A DNA stretch of 47,275 bases from Actinomycetota bacterium. Its GTDB lineage: Bacteria; Actinomycetota; UBA4738; HRBIN12. The stretch is from assembly GCA_036520695.1 (NCBI GenBank), contig DATDJD010000375.1, forward strand, positions 1 to 47,275, written 5' to 3'. The stretch's first letter is position 1; the number at the start of each line of letters is the position of its first letter. The notes under the pieces are model-generated. The model was not told the origin of the DNA, made no database searches, and was given only the letters and a program-made list of their open reading frames with translations. Made by a program: the position numbers and the translations under genes. This document shows, in pieces, positions 16,671 to 25,216 of this stretch.

Positions 16671-16864
16671 TGGCCGAGGTCTGGTGCGTCCGCTGCCCTG
16701 AGGAAGCGGAGCGCGAAGTCCACGGGGAAGCGTACTGCCACAACCACGCGCTCGTCGAGGACTGGAAGGCCAACAGCCCGAGTTGGAACCCGGAGCGCAC
16801 CCTGCCGCAGCGGGTCGCGCCCGTGACCGAGAGCGAGCAGCGGCTCATGGACGGCAACCGATGA
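16670..16864 (+). CDS. small zinc-ribbon-like protein
   Basis: Its ATG shares 1 nt with the upstream TGA; 64 aa. Carries CVRC...CHNH. Confidence 0.5.
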   Translation: MAEVWCVRCPEEAEREVHGEAYCHNHALVEDWKANSPSWNPERTLPQRVAPVTESEQRLMDGNR

Positions 16865-17013
16865 GCGACCACCGCGCCGAACCGGTCTGGAGTGCGTCGC
16901 ACGGCAGCGTTGTCATCTGCAAGGTCTGCCGGAAGTCGGTCGTCGGGAACGGCACCGCCAAGAACCCTTGGCGGCACGCGGGCGAGCCGATTGAGAAGGG
17001 GGTCACGGGATGA
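16861..17013 (+). CDS. hypothetical small protein
   Basis: ATGA overlap start; 50 aa. Confidence 0.45.
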   Translation: MSDHRAEPVWSASHGSVVICKVCRKSVVGNGTAKNPWRHAGEPIEKGVTG

Positions 17014-17333
17014 GCAGCTACGACGAGGATCTTCGCGCCAGGCTCGAGGCCGATCCTGCCATCCAAGAACTGTTGGCCGAGCTGTGGCCGCGGGCCGCGC
17101 GCTACCGCTACTGGGAAGCACCGGACGGGCGACAGTTCGTCTACACCACCGAGCGCATGGGCGACGGCAAGTTCGCCTCCGCCATCTACGTCCCGAAGGG
17201 CAAGGGTGCCCGGTCGGGCAAGAAGGCCGTGACCCGTCTCAGCCCGTCCCGAGAGGTCCACCACGCCACGAGGCGCGGCGCGCGGGCGCGAGCTTACAAG
17301 TTGTACCAGCAGCATCTGGCAGGGCTGAAGTGA
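17010..17333 (+). CDS. hypothetical protein
   Basis: ATGA overlap start; 107 aa; basic C-terminus. Confidence 0.55.
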   Translation: MSSYDEDLRARLEADPAIQELLAELWPRAARYRYWEAPDGRQFVYTTERMGDGKFASAIYVPKGKGARSGKKAVTRLSPSREVHHATRRGARARAYKLYQQHLAGLK

Positions 17334-17698
17334 AGCCGCCGACCAAGAAGGCCAAGCTGGCTGCCATCAACGAGGTCCTCGTCATCAACGCGCGGGCGCT
17401 CGGGGAGCCGCAGCGGATCTTCGTCACCGACACCCGCCAGAAGGATTGGATCAGGATCGGGGAGTTCCGGCGCTGGCAGGGTTCGCGCCAGTATCCGAAC
17501 ATCGACGCGGCGCTCGCTGCGGCTTGGGAAGCGTTCGCGCGCTGCCGCACCGCGACAGGCGACCCAGGCGAACACCAGGTGGTGGCGTACGAGGAAGGCC
17601 ACGTCCTTCGCTGCCTGATCTGCGGCAAGCCTGCACGGACCGCTGGTGATCTGCGCGAGGATGGTTCGCTGCGCGCGATCCACGCGGTGCCGGGATGA
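17330..17698 (+). CDS. hypothetical protein
   Basis: GTGA overlap start; 122 aa. Confidence 0.5.
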   Translation: MKPPTKKAKLAAINEVLVINARALGEPQRIFVTDTRQKDWIRIGEFRRWQGSRQYPNIDAALAAAWEAFARCRTATGDPGEHQVVAYEEGHVLRCLICGKPARTAGDLREDGSLRAIHAVPG

Positions 17699-17922
17699 AG
17701 CGCAGGCCGAAGGTCGGGGATCGCGTGGTGGCACGGTTCGACATCTGGGATTACTTCACCGGGCTGACCGTCCCGAAGGGCACCGTCGGTGAGGTCGTGG
17801 CGGCTGGCATCGACGCGGCCTACGGGATGGTCAACGTCCGGTTCCCAATCGAGGGGGTCACGGATGGCCTGCCGCTCCAGGCGGCCGGACCGGACGCAGC
17901 TGTCGCGGAGTACCAGTCGTGA
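17695..17922 (+). CDS. hypothetical protein
   Basis: ATGA overlap start; 75 aa. Confidence 0.55.
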   Translation: MKRRPKVGDRVVARFDIWDYFTGLTVPKGTVGEVVAAGIDAAYGMVNVRFPIEGVTDGLPLQAAGPDAAVAEYQS

Positions 17923-18206
17923 AGCATCGTTGGCACGACCCCTACTCCAACAACCCGCCGCGAGCCGGGGACCGGGACGAGTGCCGTAGCTGCGGCAAGG
18001 CCATCGTGTTCGTCGCAGGATCGGCCAACCGTCGGGAGACCTGGCGCGCGGTCCCACCCAAGCCTGTAGCCAGGCCACCACGACGGGGCGTCGCCAGCGA
18101 CTGCGCCATGTGCAAGCTGCCTGGCAGGATGCGCCCGAGCCACGATCCGTCGCCGTTCTGCGAGTCCGGCAAGCGACCCCACTGCACCTGCGATTACTGC
18201 TTCTGA
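17919..18206 (+). CDS. hypothetical Cys-rich protein
   Basis: GTGA overlap start; 95 aa. Carries CRSC...CAMC...C...CTCDYC. Confidence 0.5.
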   Translation: MKHRWHDPYSNNPPRAGDRDECRSCGKAIVFVAGSANRRETWRAVPPKPVARPPRRGVASDCAMCKLPGRMRPSHDPSPFCESGKRPHCTCDYCF

Positions 18207-18221
18207 AGTTCGTGTAACTTT

Positions 18222-18255
18222 GGGGGTTTACATATTCCGCGGGATGGGGTAAAGT
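18222..18255 (+). promoter_or_regulatory. promoter-like motif P2 (GGGGGTTTACA, 17 nt, TAAAGT)
   Basis: The -35 is at 18227-18232 and the -10 is at 18250-18255. It begins 16 nt after the upstream stop codon. Confidence 0.6.
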
Positions 18256-18302
18256 TCTCTTACCGGAACGGAACCGGGGAACGGATCGAAGGAGTGGATG
18301 AG

Positions 18303-18533
18303 ATGACCGGAACCCGCAAGATGCCAGTCCCAGGCAAGCAGGTCAAGATGGCCAAGCGCCACGAGTTCCTGCACGTGAGCAACCCGTTCACCCCGCAGCA
18401 GCGGTCGGCCAACGTGGTCCTCCCGGCTGGCGCGGTGTATACGGTCCACGCGACGGATCGCGGGATGGTCCGGGTCAAGACCGCCGCGTTCGGGATCGTC
18501 GCGGTCCCCGCTGCCAAGGTGGTGGCGCTGTGA
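18303..18533 (+). CDS. hypothetical protein
   Basis: RBS GAAGGAG at 18288-18294. ATG 18303 was chosen; an in-frame GTG at 18294 is also possible. 76 aa. Confidence 0.55.
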   Translation: MTGTRKMPVPGKQVKMAKRHEFLHVSNPFTPQQRSANVVLPAGAVYTVHATDRGMVRVKTAAFGIVAVPAAKVVAL

Positions 18534-18775
18534 CCGTCAAGGAAGCCGCCTACCACAAGCCTGCCAACGCCGAAGGCGGGCTGTACGTCCTCCTGACCGA
18601 TCTGAAGGACGACGACATCCGCAACGGCGGAGCTACGGCGCTGGCCGAGGAAACGGCCTACGCCAACGGCTACCGACCGTGGGGTCGCAAGCACGTCGGG
18701 ATGCCGGTATGGGACGCGGCCACCCGCCGATCGTCGCAGGCGTTCTGGTATCACGAGAAGGGGAATGGACGATGA
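18530..18775 (+). CDS. hypothetical protein
   Basis: GTGA overlap start; 81 aa. Confidence 0.55.
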   Translation: MTVKEAAYHKPANAEGGLYVLLTDLKDDDIRNGGATALAEETAYANGYRPWGRKHVGMPVWDAATRRSSQAFWYHEKGNGR

Positions 18776-19227
18776 CCACCTACATGGACCTCCCCCACGA
18801 GCCGCAGAAGGTCATCATCTACCGCTGCGGCGACTGCGGGCGGGACATCGAGGATGTCGAGGAGAACGGACGGGTCGTGACCCGCCACGTCGAAACCTGG
18901 CGTGACCGAGCCGATCGCGAGAAGGCCGAACAGAAGGCGCGCGACCGTGCCGCGCAGGAGGCGCGCGTCGCTGCTTCTCCGTTGTACACCGGCAGCGCCA
19001 TCAAGCGTTGCCAGGCGAGCAGGTCCCCGTCTCGCGGCGCGCCGTATCGTTGTGGTAACGACACCGGGCTGCGGATCTTCCGAACGAACAAGTGGAGCAT
19101 CGAACGGGTGTTCGTCGCGTGCCTCGGCTGCGTGAAAGCGGACCGCGGTCTGTACAACGGCTGGGGTGGCGACCCGAACCCGGTCATCACCCCGATCGAG
19201 CCGGAACTGCTGGAGGCCATCAAGTGA
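18772..19227 (+). CDS. hypothetical protein with zinc ribbon (CGDC...CLGC)
   Basis: ATGA overlap start; 151 aa. Confidence 0.55.
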   Translation: MTTYMDLPHEPQKVIIYRCGDCGRDIEDVEENGRVVTRHVETWRDRADREKAEQKARDRAAQEARVAASPLYTGSAIKRCQASRSPSRGAPYRCGNDTGLRIFRTNKWSIERVFVACLGCVKADRGLYNGWGGDPNPVITPIEPELLEAIK

Positions 19228-19454
19228 GCGACCTCGAAACGCTGCGCCGTTTCGAGCAACGGCTCATCCCGATGCGGACCACCGCAGGCCAGGTCGAGGC
19301 TTGGGACGCGTACCGATCGGAATGGCTACCGGCCATGCCACCCAATGAGGAGGCGCTGCTGGCCCAAGGCTATGCCGCTGGTTACGATGCCGCGATGGCC
19401 CGCGTTCGCGGGCTGCTGGCAGACTCACAGACCGAAGCACTGAGGGGGAAGTAG
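19224..19454 (+). CDS. hypothetical protein
   Basis: GTGA overlap start; 76 aa. Confidence 0.5.
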   Translation: MSDLETLRRFEQRLIPMRTTAGQVEAWDAYRSEWLPAMPPNEEALLAQGYAAGYDAAMARVRGLLADSQTEALRGK

Positions 19455-19892
19455 ATGAAACGGATCCTCGCCGCAACCGTACTCGCCCTGTTCCTGCTGC
19501 CCGGGGTGGCAGCGGCGCACGGGAATGACTGCGACGATCGCCAGTCCACCACCGGGCACCACGAGAAGGAGAAGGAATGCCCGACACCTTCGCCGACGCC
19601 GTCCGCGTCGCCATCGCCGAGTCCGTCGCCGAGCGCCACACCGAGTTCCTCGCCTTCGCCGACGCCTACACCATCAGCGAGTCCGACCCCTACGCCAGAG
19701 CCTTCGCCATCGCCTACGCCTTCGGTCTCGCCTACTCCGAGTCCCACACCTTCGCCAACCGCGTCGCCGAAGCCTACGCCTCCGCCGACGGACGCTGCGT
19801 CTAGGACGCCGGTCAACGGGGCGACGATGTTGGGCGTGGTCCTGATCGTGCTCGGGTTGCTCGGGTTCGCGATCCAGCGTAACCGACGATGA
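19455..19892 (+). CDS. secreted, membrane-anchored Pro/Ser/Thr-rich protein
   Basis: 145 aa. Has a signal peptide ([23 protein letters not shown]), a ~65-aa (P-S/T)n tract, a C-terminal TM helix ([16 protein letters not shown]) and an RNRR tail. Confidence 0.7.
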   Translation: MKRILAATVLALFLLPGVAAAHGNDCDDRQSTTGHHEKEKECPTPSPTPSASPSPSPSPSATPSSSPSPTPTPSASPTPTPEPSPSPTPSVSPTPSPTPSPTASPKPTPPPTDAASRTPVNGATMLGVVLIVLGLLGFAIQRNRR

Positions 19893-20131
19893 GCAGCTGC
19901 GTCGACTGCGGACGGCCAACCGGAGGGATCCGGTGCCGTCCCTGCAACGGGCGACTGATCGCCGCCACCGCCCTGGCGCAGATGGCCGACGCAGACCGTG
20001 AACTGCTGCGGCAGGTAGATGAGGAAGGGTTGGACGGGGGGCGGCTGGCCATCCGATTGGGGGTCAGCCGCACCCGGGCCTACAAGAAGATCGCCGAAGC
20101 ACGCGCTCGTGAAGCGCGACGGAAGGAGTAA
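19889..20131 (+). CDS. zinc-ribbon plus helix-turn-helix DNA-binding protein
   Basis: ATGA overlap start; 80 aa. CVDC...CRPC is followed by [23 protein letters not shown], which is HTH-like. Confidence 0.55.
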   Translation: MSSCVDCGRPTGGIRCRPCNGRLIAATALAQMADADRELLRQVDEEGLDGGRLAIRLGVSRTRAYKKIAEARAREARRKE

Positions 20132-20132
20132 C

Positions 20133-20255
20133 GTGGACCTCGGCCGAGCCAAGTACCGCCAGGCGCACCGGATGCCACCGCAGGGGTGGGACGCGGCGCT
20201 GCTGGCCATCTGCATCATCGTCATCCTGGCGCTGATCGTGACGGTGCCGCTGTGA
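20133..20255 (+). CDS. small membrane protein
   Basis: GTG start after RBS ggaaggag; 40 aa. One TM helix (AALLAICIIVILALIVTV). Confidence 0.4.
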   Translation: MDLGRAKYRQAHRMPPQGWDAALLAICIIVILALIVTVPL

Positions 20256-20488
20256 TCCGCGGTCGCGACCTGCCGGAGTTCCCCCCGGTGCCGGACGACC
20301 AGGTGTTCTGCTCCATCCGGGGCGAGCTGGTCGGGGTGTCGGTCTGCGCCAGCGATGCCTGCGTCGCACCCGAAGCGCGCCCGGTCTGTTGGGAAGGCAA
20401 CGGCTCCCGCTACCAGTGCACCCGCTGCGGCGCGTGGAACTCCGTCAGCCGGGACCGGTGCGGCAACTGCCGGAAGGTCCTGAAGTGA
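20252..20488 (+). CDS. small protein with RanBP2-type zinc-finger pattern
   Basis: GTGA overlap start; 78 aa. YQCTRCGAWNSVSRDRCGNC fits C-x2-C-x3-N-x6-C-x2-C. Confidence 0.55.
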   Translation: MIRGRDLPEFPPVPDDQVFCSIRGELVGVSVCASDACVAPEARPVCWEGNGSRYQCTRCGAWNSVSRDRCGNCRKVLK

Positions 20489-20763
20489 CACCGCTGCATC
20501 CTGCGCCGCAGCCGGTCCTGATCTACGAGGTCGTGTTCCGCACTGACGAGGCCTACTTCACCGTCGCCCACTTCGAACTGCGGCAGGACGCCGAAGCCGC
20601 AGCGGCCATCGGCAACGTCGGCCGCACCGAACGGGACAGCCGGTTCGAGGTAGCGGATCGGTTCATGTTCCGGGCCAACGACCAGCCGTTCGAGACGCTG
20701 GAGGATCTGAAGGAGACGCTGGAGGAAGTGATGGGCGACGTGGACGACTGGTTCGACGAATGA
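20485..20763 (+). CDS. hypothetical acidic protein
   Basis: GTGA overlap start; 92 aa. Confidence 0.55.
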   Translation: MTPLHPAPQPVLIYEVVFRTDEAYFTVAHFELRQDAEAAAAIGNVGRTERDSRFEVADRFMFRANDQPFETLEDLKETLEEVMGDVDDWFDE

Positions 20764-21791
20764 CTGAGGAAGCGAACGACGACGCGCGCCGCGAGTTCGT
20801 CGAGCAGCAGGCGTCCGGCCTCGGGGCCACCGATGCCGCGAAGATCCTCGGCCTGTCCCGCTGGGGGACCCCGCTGACGGTCTACAACCGGATCGTCCAC
20901 GGCGACACGGGCGGGCAGATGTCGCTCTCGGCCTGGCTCGGGCTGAAGCTCGAGCGAGTCGTGGGCGAGATGTACACGACCAAGACCGGCCAGGCGCTGC
21001 GGGTGGACAACAAGCACCACCGTCGCCCTGGCTACGATTGGCAGGTCGCACACTTAGACTTTCGTGCCCGGGGCAACCCGAAGCTGCTGGTGGAGTGCAA
21101 GACCCGGGCCTACGCCACCGGCTACGGCGAGGACGGGACGGGCGAGATCCCCGCGGACGTCTATGTCCAGGTGCAGCATGAGATGGCCGTGACCGGGGCC
21201 GAGCGCTGCGACGTGGCAGTCCTGATCGGGCACCATACGTTCAACGTCTACCCGATCCCGCGCGCCGACGACTTCATCGACAAGATGACCGAGCGGCTGG
21301 AAGCGTTCTGGCTCGGCAACATCGTGGCGAAGGTGCCACCGCTGCCGACCGGGCACGACATGGACAGCGACTACGTCAAGCGCAAGCACCCCGACCACGA
21401 CGATCTGCTGAAGCCTGCCACCCCGGAGCAGATCCTTCTCGCTAATCGGCTGCGTGTGGCCAGGGACACGGTGAAGGAAGCGGAGACGCAGCGGTCCGAG
21501 GTCGAGAACCTGCTGAAAGACATCATCGGGGACGCGGCAGGGTTGACCGGCCCGTTCGGGGAGATCACTTGGAAGAAGTCCCGCGACAGCGAGTCGGTGG
21601 ATTGGGAACAGGTTGCCATCACCTACGGCTCCGTCATCGAGGATCTGTTCACCATCGCCAACCCGGGCGACGATCCCGAAGTGGTCGCGCGGTTGGGTCG
21701 GGCGCAATCGGTCTACGGCACCGCCGTGGGCCTGGCCACCACCACCAAACCGGGGAGCCGTCGGTTCCTCGCCAGCTTCAAGAAGGACTGA
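20760..21791 (+). CDS. YqaJ-like recombination exonuclease (PD-(D/E)XK)
   Basis: 343 aa. Has GATDAAKILGLSRWGTP and HLDF...LLVECKT, which is D...ExK-like. Lies upstream of RecT. Confidence 0.75.
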   Translation: MTEEANDDARREFVEQQASGLGATDAAKILGLSRWGTPLTVYNRIVHGDTGGQMSLSAWLGLKLERVVGEMYTTKTGQALRVDNKHHRRPGYDWQVAHLDFRARGNPKLLVECKTRAYATGYGEDGTGEIPADVYVQVQHEMAVTGAERCDVAVLIGHHTFNVYPIPRADDFIDKMTERLEAFWLGNIVAKVPPLPTGHDMDSDYVKRKHPDHDDLLKPATPEQILLANRLRVARDTVKEAETQRSEVENLLKDIIGDAAGLTGPFGEITWKKSRDSESVDWEQVAITYGSVIEDLFTIANPGDDPEVVARLGRAQSVYGTAVGLATTTKPGSRRFLASFKKD

Positions 21792-21793
21792 CG

Positions 21794-22216
21794 ATGAGGG
21801 GTTGGATCTACGGTACTCCAAGCAGTCGGGACCGTCCCGATTGCCAGTGCTGGCGGGATACCTTGTGCCGCCACAAGGACGGGTGGACCTGGGACCCAAT
21901 CAATTGGGATGACTCGCCTTGCGAGCACCACACTTGGGCCTTCCTACCGGACGTCTTCATCAGTTTCGCAGACATGCTCCGAGACGCCGAGTTCGTCAGC
22001 GGTTCGCTGACTGCGGACCAGCGTGGTCGAGTCTTGTTTGGCTGGACAGCCGACCGGACTAGGGTCATCGAGGCATTCGTCATGCCCAAAGGAATGCCGG
22101 ACTCAGCGTTCGTGGACGACCACGACGTTGAGGGCAGCGAGTGGACGCCGCTGTTATATGCCCATTACACCGACATCGTTCCCCGAGGGAACGTGCGTAA
22201 GGAGATGATACGCTGA
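21794..22216 (+). CDS. hypothetical protein (lower-GC insert between exonuclease and RecT)
   Basis: 140 aa. Visibly lower GC and more A/T-ending codons than its neighbours. Confidence 0.5.
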   Translation: MRGWIYGTPSSRDRPDCQCWRDTLCRHKDGWTWDPINWDDSPCEHHTWAFLPDVFISFADMLRDAEFVSGSLTADQRGRVLFGWTADRTRVIEAFVMPKGMPDSAFVDDHDVEGSEWTPLLYAHYTDIVPRGNVRKEMIR

Positions 22217-23259
22217 TGCCTACCAACCCTGGACCCGCACCCGTCGCGACGCGCGCACTCGCCAAGCCCGAGGTCAACTATCAGGAGGTCGTGGATGAGA
22301 TGCGCGGGCAGTCCCGCAGCCTGCTGGCGATGTTCGCCGGAGACAAGCGGTTGCGCGACCGTTTCATGAGTTCGGCGCTGGCGATGCTGGCCCGCAACCC
22401 GGAGATCCTGCGCGACGCCACCCCGATCAGCATCGTGCACGCCATCAACGAGTCGGCCCGGTTGGGCCTGGAGCCGATGACGGAGGAGGCCGCGATCGTC
22501 GTGTACTCCGGCGTCGCCACGTTGCTGCCGCAGTGGCGCGGCTACGTCAAACGCATCCGCAACTCGGGCGAGGTCGTGGACTTCGACTGCCAGCTGGTCT
22601 ACTCCAACGACGACTTCCGTTGGCAGGCAGGGACGGATGCGTTCGTCCACCACGTCCCGGCACTGGAGGATCGCGGCGACCACTGGGGTGCCTACGCCTT
22701 CGCCATCATGCCTTCGGGCCGGGTCATCCCGGAAGTGATGACGTTCGCGGACATCGAAGCAGTCCGGTTGCAGTTCGGGAACACCAGATCCCGCAACAAC
22801 AAGCCGCTACCGTGGGAGACATCGTGGGGCGAGATGGCCCGCAAGACCGTCATCCGCCGACTGGCCAAGCGGCTGCCCGGTGCGGCGGTGAGCCATCTGC
22901 TGGAGGCCGACGCGCGGGCGGATCAGGTCATCGACGGCCAGGCGGCGAAGATCCGCGAACTGGACTCCGGGCTGTCCGAGGTCCGGAAGATGGCCCTGGC
23001 AGCCGTAGGCGTCCCAGAAGCGGAGCCGGACGACGATGTGGGCGAGGGGCAGGTTGTCGAGGTAACGGACCACCTGGACGCTCCAGCGGGCGCTGAGGAG
23101 CCGCTGACGGGCGGCATCGTGATGCACCCGGACGATGTGGCCGAGATCCGGGCAGGCGCGCTCGACACGGCTCCGGACCCGGGTGCCGACCCGAACGTAG
23201 CCGCAGCGATGAAACTCTCCGAGGAAGAGGAACAGCTGCGACGGAACCGTGGACGATGA
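22216..23259 (+). CDS. recT: RecT-family single-strand annealing protein
   Basis: 347 aa. Has ISIVHAINESARLGLEP, GYVKRIRNSGEV and WGEMARKTVIRRLAKRLP, followed by an acidic C-terminal tail. Confidence 0.8.
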   Translation: MPTNPGPAPVATRALAKPEVNYQEVVDEMRGQSRSLLAMFAGDKRLRDRFMSSALAMLARNPEILRDATPISIVHAINESARLGLEPMTEEAAIVVYSGVATLLPQWRGYVKRIRNSGEVVDFDCQLVYSNDDFRWQAGTDAFVHHVPALEDRGDHWGAYAFAIMPSGRVIPEVMTFADIEAVRLQFGNTRSRNNKPLPWETSWGEMARKTVIRRLAKRLPGAAVSHLLEADARADQVIDGQAAKIRELDSGLSEVRKMALAAVGVPEAEPDDDVGEGQVVEVTDHLDAPAGAEEPLTGGIVMHPDDVAEIRAGALDTAPDPGADPNVAAAMKLSEEEEQLRRNRGR

Positions 23260-23803
23260 CCGGGCCTGGTTGGCTACTGCGGATTGTCCGTTCACCAGTT
23301 GCCCGGATCGCGGCAGGCACACTTGGCTTGAGCATTGGCTCCTCGATTGGCGGATCCCACCACTCCCGTGGGTTCGCCGGACGCCAGCAACGTGTTGGCA
23401 TCTGGCCTACGGCATCCGGCTTGGTAGCGACCTGGTCAGTGTCTCCTGTCGTGGAGGTCGGTATGGGCACACCATCCCCGCGGCGACTGCCGAGTGGAGC
23501 GACAAGCCTCCGTTGGGCCGTTCCTACAACGACCCTGCCGGGAGAGCCTGTGCGCTCTGCTTATCTCGCTGGACCAAAGGAGTCGATCACGTGAGCGTTA
23601 CCATCCACGCTGTGAAGGTGAAGAAGGGCCAGCTGGCCAAGCTGCTGGAGGCTATTCCCGGTACCGACCTGATGGAGATCGAGCTACGGCCGACGCAGGT
23701 CGAAGGCAAGCCCGCCTTGCTGGCGTTGTTCACGGAGCGTGGCGGCAAGGAAGAAGTCGGAGTCCGGCTGCTCGTGGTCGGGGATGGGGTGGTGCGGCTG
23801 TGA
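23249..23803 (+). CDS. hypothetical Cys/Trp-rich protein (start and architecture uncertain)
   Basis: 184-aa ORF from GTG 23249. The 5' two-thirds has low GC3 (~67% by hand count). An internal GTG at 23591 follows a strong AAGGAG and could yield a separate 70-aa product. The alternative frame 23256..23594 has ATGA/GTGA couplings but a junk-like S/G/R/P composition. Confidence 0.35.
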   Translation: MDDDRAWLATADCPFTSCPDRGRHTWLEHWLLDWRIPPLPWVRRTPATCWHLAYGIRLGSDLVSVSCRGGRYGHTIPAATAEWSDKPPLGRSYNDPAGRACALCLSRWTKGVDHVSVTIHAVKVKKGQLAKLLEAIPGTDLMEIELRPTQVEGKPALLALFTERGGKEEVGVRLLVVGDGVVRL

Positions 23804-24132
23804 ACAAGAAGCGCATGAAGCGGCGGATCCGCCACCTGGAGCACGAGCTGTTCCAGGCCTACCATCCGACCACCTTCGACTACTTCACCGTGGACGTGGT
23901 GGTCAACGAGCCGAACGACGACGGGCCACTCATCCTGAGCTTCCCGCTGGACCACGCGGGCAACCATCAGATCGACGTCTCCCGAATGGGCCACAAGGTC
24001 GTACCGCTGCCGCGCGACGGTGTTCGGATTACCACTGCGGTCTTGGAGGAGACCCACAGCTGGCCGATCGGTGAAGCGGGGTTGACGGCTGCGCAGGCGA
24101 CCCGAGCGTTCGCGTTGGACCCCGAATGTTGA
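23800..24132 (+). CDS. hypothetical protein
   Basis: GTGA overlap start; 110 aa. Confidence 0.55.
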   Translation: MNKKRMKRRIRHLEHELFQAYHPTTFDYFTVDVVVNEPNDDGPLILSFPLDHAGNHQIDVSRMGHKVVPLPRDGVRITTAVLEETHSWPIGEAGLTAAQATRAFALDPEC

Positions 24133-24476
24133 CCGTCCGGAATGACGGTTGGGTGCAGGTTCGAAGTGCGGTGTTCAAGCGGGACGTCGGCTGCGTCGCG
24201 ACCCAGTGGCGCATCTTCGGGAACAACATCGCGCCTGATATGTGCCGTTCTCGCTGGGGCACGCCGATCGAGTGGGACGACTGGTCCGAGCTTGAGTTCG
24301 ACCACGTGAAGGAGAACCTCGAGGCCTCGAACAAGGCACCCGATGACGAGGCGCACGGTGTCGCGGTGTGTCCGTGGCACCATCGGCTGAGCCAAGTCTG
24401 GCGATCCGACAGCAAGTTCCATCGCGAACGCCTGCGCGACTGGCTGGCCAAGGCGTACCCCGAGGTGTGGTCGTGA
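24126..24476 (+). CDS. HNH endonuclease-like protein
   Basis: 116 aa. Has LEFDHVKENLEASNKAPDDEAHGVAVCPWHH, with H-N-H type spacing. Confidence 0.55.
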   Translation: MLTVRNDGWVQVRSAVFKRDVGCVATQWRIFGNNIAPDMCRSRWGTPIEWDDWSELEFDHVKENLEASNKAPDDEAHGVAVCPWHHRLSQVWRSDSKFHRERLRDWLAKAYPEVWS

Positions 24477-25216
24477 GGCCCGTACTCCGCTACCCGGGCA
24501 GCAAGGCGCGGTTGGCCGGAAGGATCGTCGCGATGATGCCAGAGCACGGTGCCTATCTGGAGCCGTTCTTTGGTTCGGGCGCCGTGCTGATGAACAAGGC
24601 GCGCTGCTCCACCGAGACGGTAAACGACCTGGACGGTAACGTGGTCAACTTCTTCACCGTTCTCCGCGACCAACCGGATCTGCTGGCTGGCGCGCTGGCG
24701 CTCACTCCCTACGCGCGGGACGAACTGGCGCGGCCACTTGTGTCGGACGACCCGGTCGAACGTGCCCGTTGGTTCGCGGTGGCACTGTGGCAATCGCGGG
24801 AAGGCGCGATCCGTGGATCGTCGCACTTTCGGGTGGATGTGAACGGGCGGGCGCTTGCGGCGACGTGGGCGCGGCTGCCAGGCAAGATCTTCGACGCTGC
24901 GCAACGGATGGTTGGGGTACAGATCGAGAACCGCGACGCGGTGGCGTTGATCGACGCGGCGCAACCGGGCACGCTCATCTACGCCGACCCACCTTACGTT
25001 GGGTTGGAACTGTACGGTGTCGGCTTTACCTTCCAAGACCACGAGCGGTTCCTGGAGGCAGCCGTGGCGCACGACGGGCCGGTCTTGATCTCCGGTCGCG
25101 AGTCCGGGCTGTACGACCGTAGGTTGCAGGGGTGGGACCGGCAGGTGGTAGAGACCAAGAAGATGAAGAACGTTCTCGAGGACGAGATCGTGTGGCGGAA
25201 CTATGCCAGTACGTGA
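24473..25216 (+). CDS. dam: DNA N6-adenine methyltransferase (Dam/D12 class)
   Basis: GTGA overlap start; 247 aa. Has RYPGSK, EPFFGSGAV (FxGxG) and YADPPY (motif IV). Confidence 0.85.
   Translation: MRPVLRYPGSKARLAGRIVAMMPEHGAYLEPFFGSGAVLMNKARCSTETVNDLDGNVVNFFTVLRDQPDLLAGALALTPYARDELARPLVSDDPVERARWFAVALWQSREGAIRGSSHFRVDVNGRALAATWARLPGKIFDAAQRMVGVQIENRDAVALIDAAQPGTLIYADPPYVGLELYGVGFTFQDHERFLEAAVAHDGPVLISGRESGLYDRRLQGWDRQVVETKKMKNVLEDEIVWRNYAST

Noticed and set aside
19770-19892. The C-terminus of the PT-rich protein as a sortase (LPXTG) sorting signal.
   Set aside because: A hydrophobic helix plus a basic tail is present, but no LPXTG or LAXTG pentapeptide precedes it. I treat it as a plain membrane anchor.
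23256-23594. An alternative 112-aa ORF with perfect ATGA/GTGA coupling to RecT and to the downstream start.
   Set aside because: Its composition (S/G/R/P-rich, almost no D/E/K) and its GC3, lower than the overlapping frame, suggest it is non-coding. I keep it as an open alternative in the feature note.
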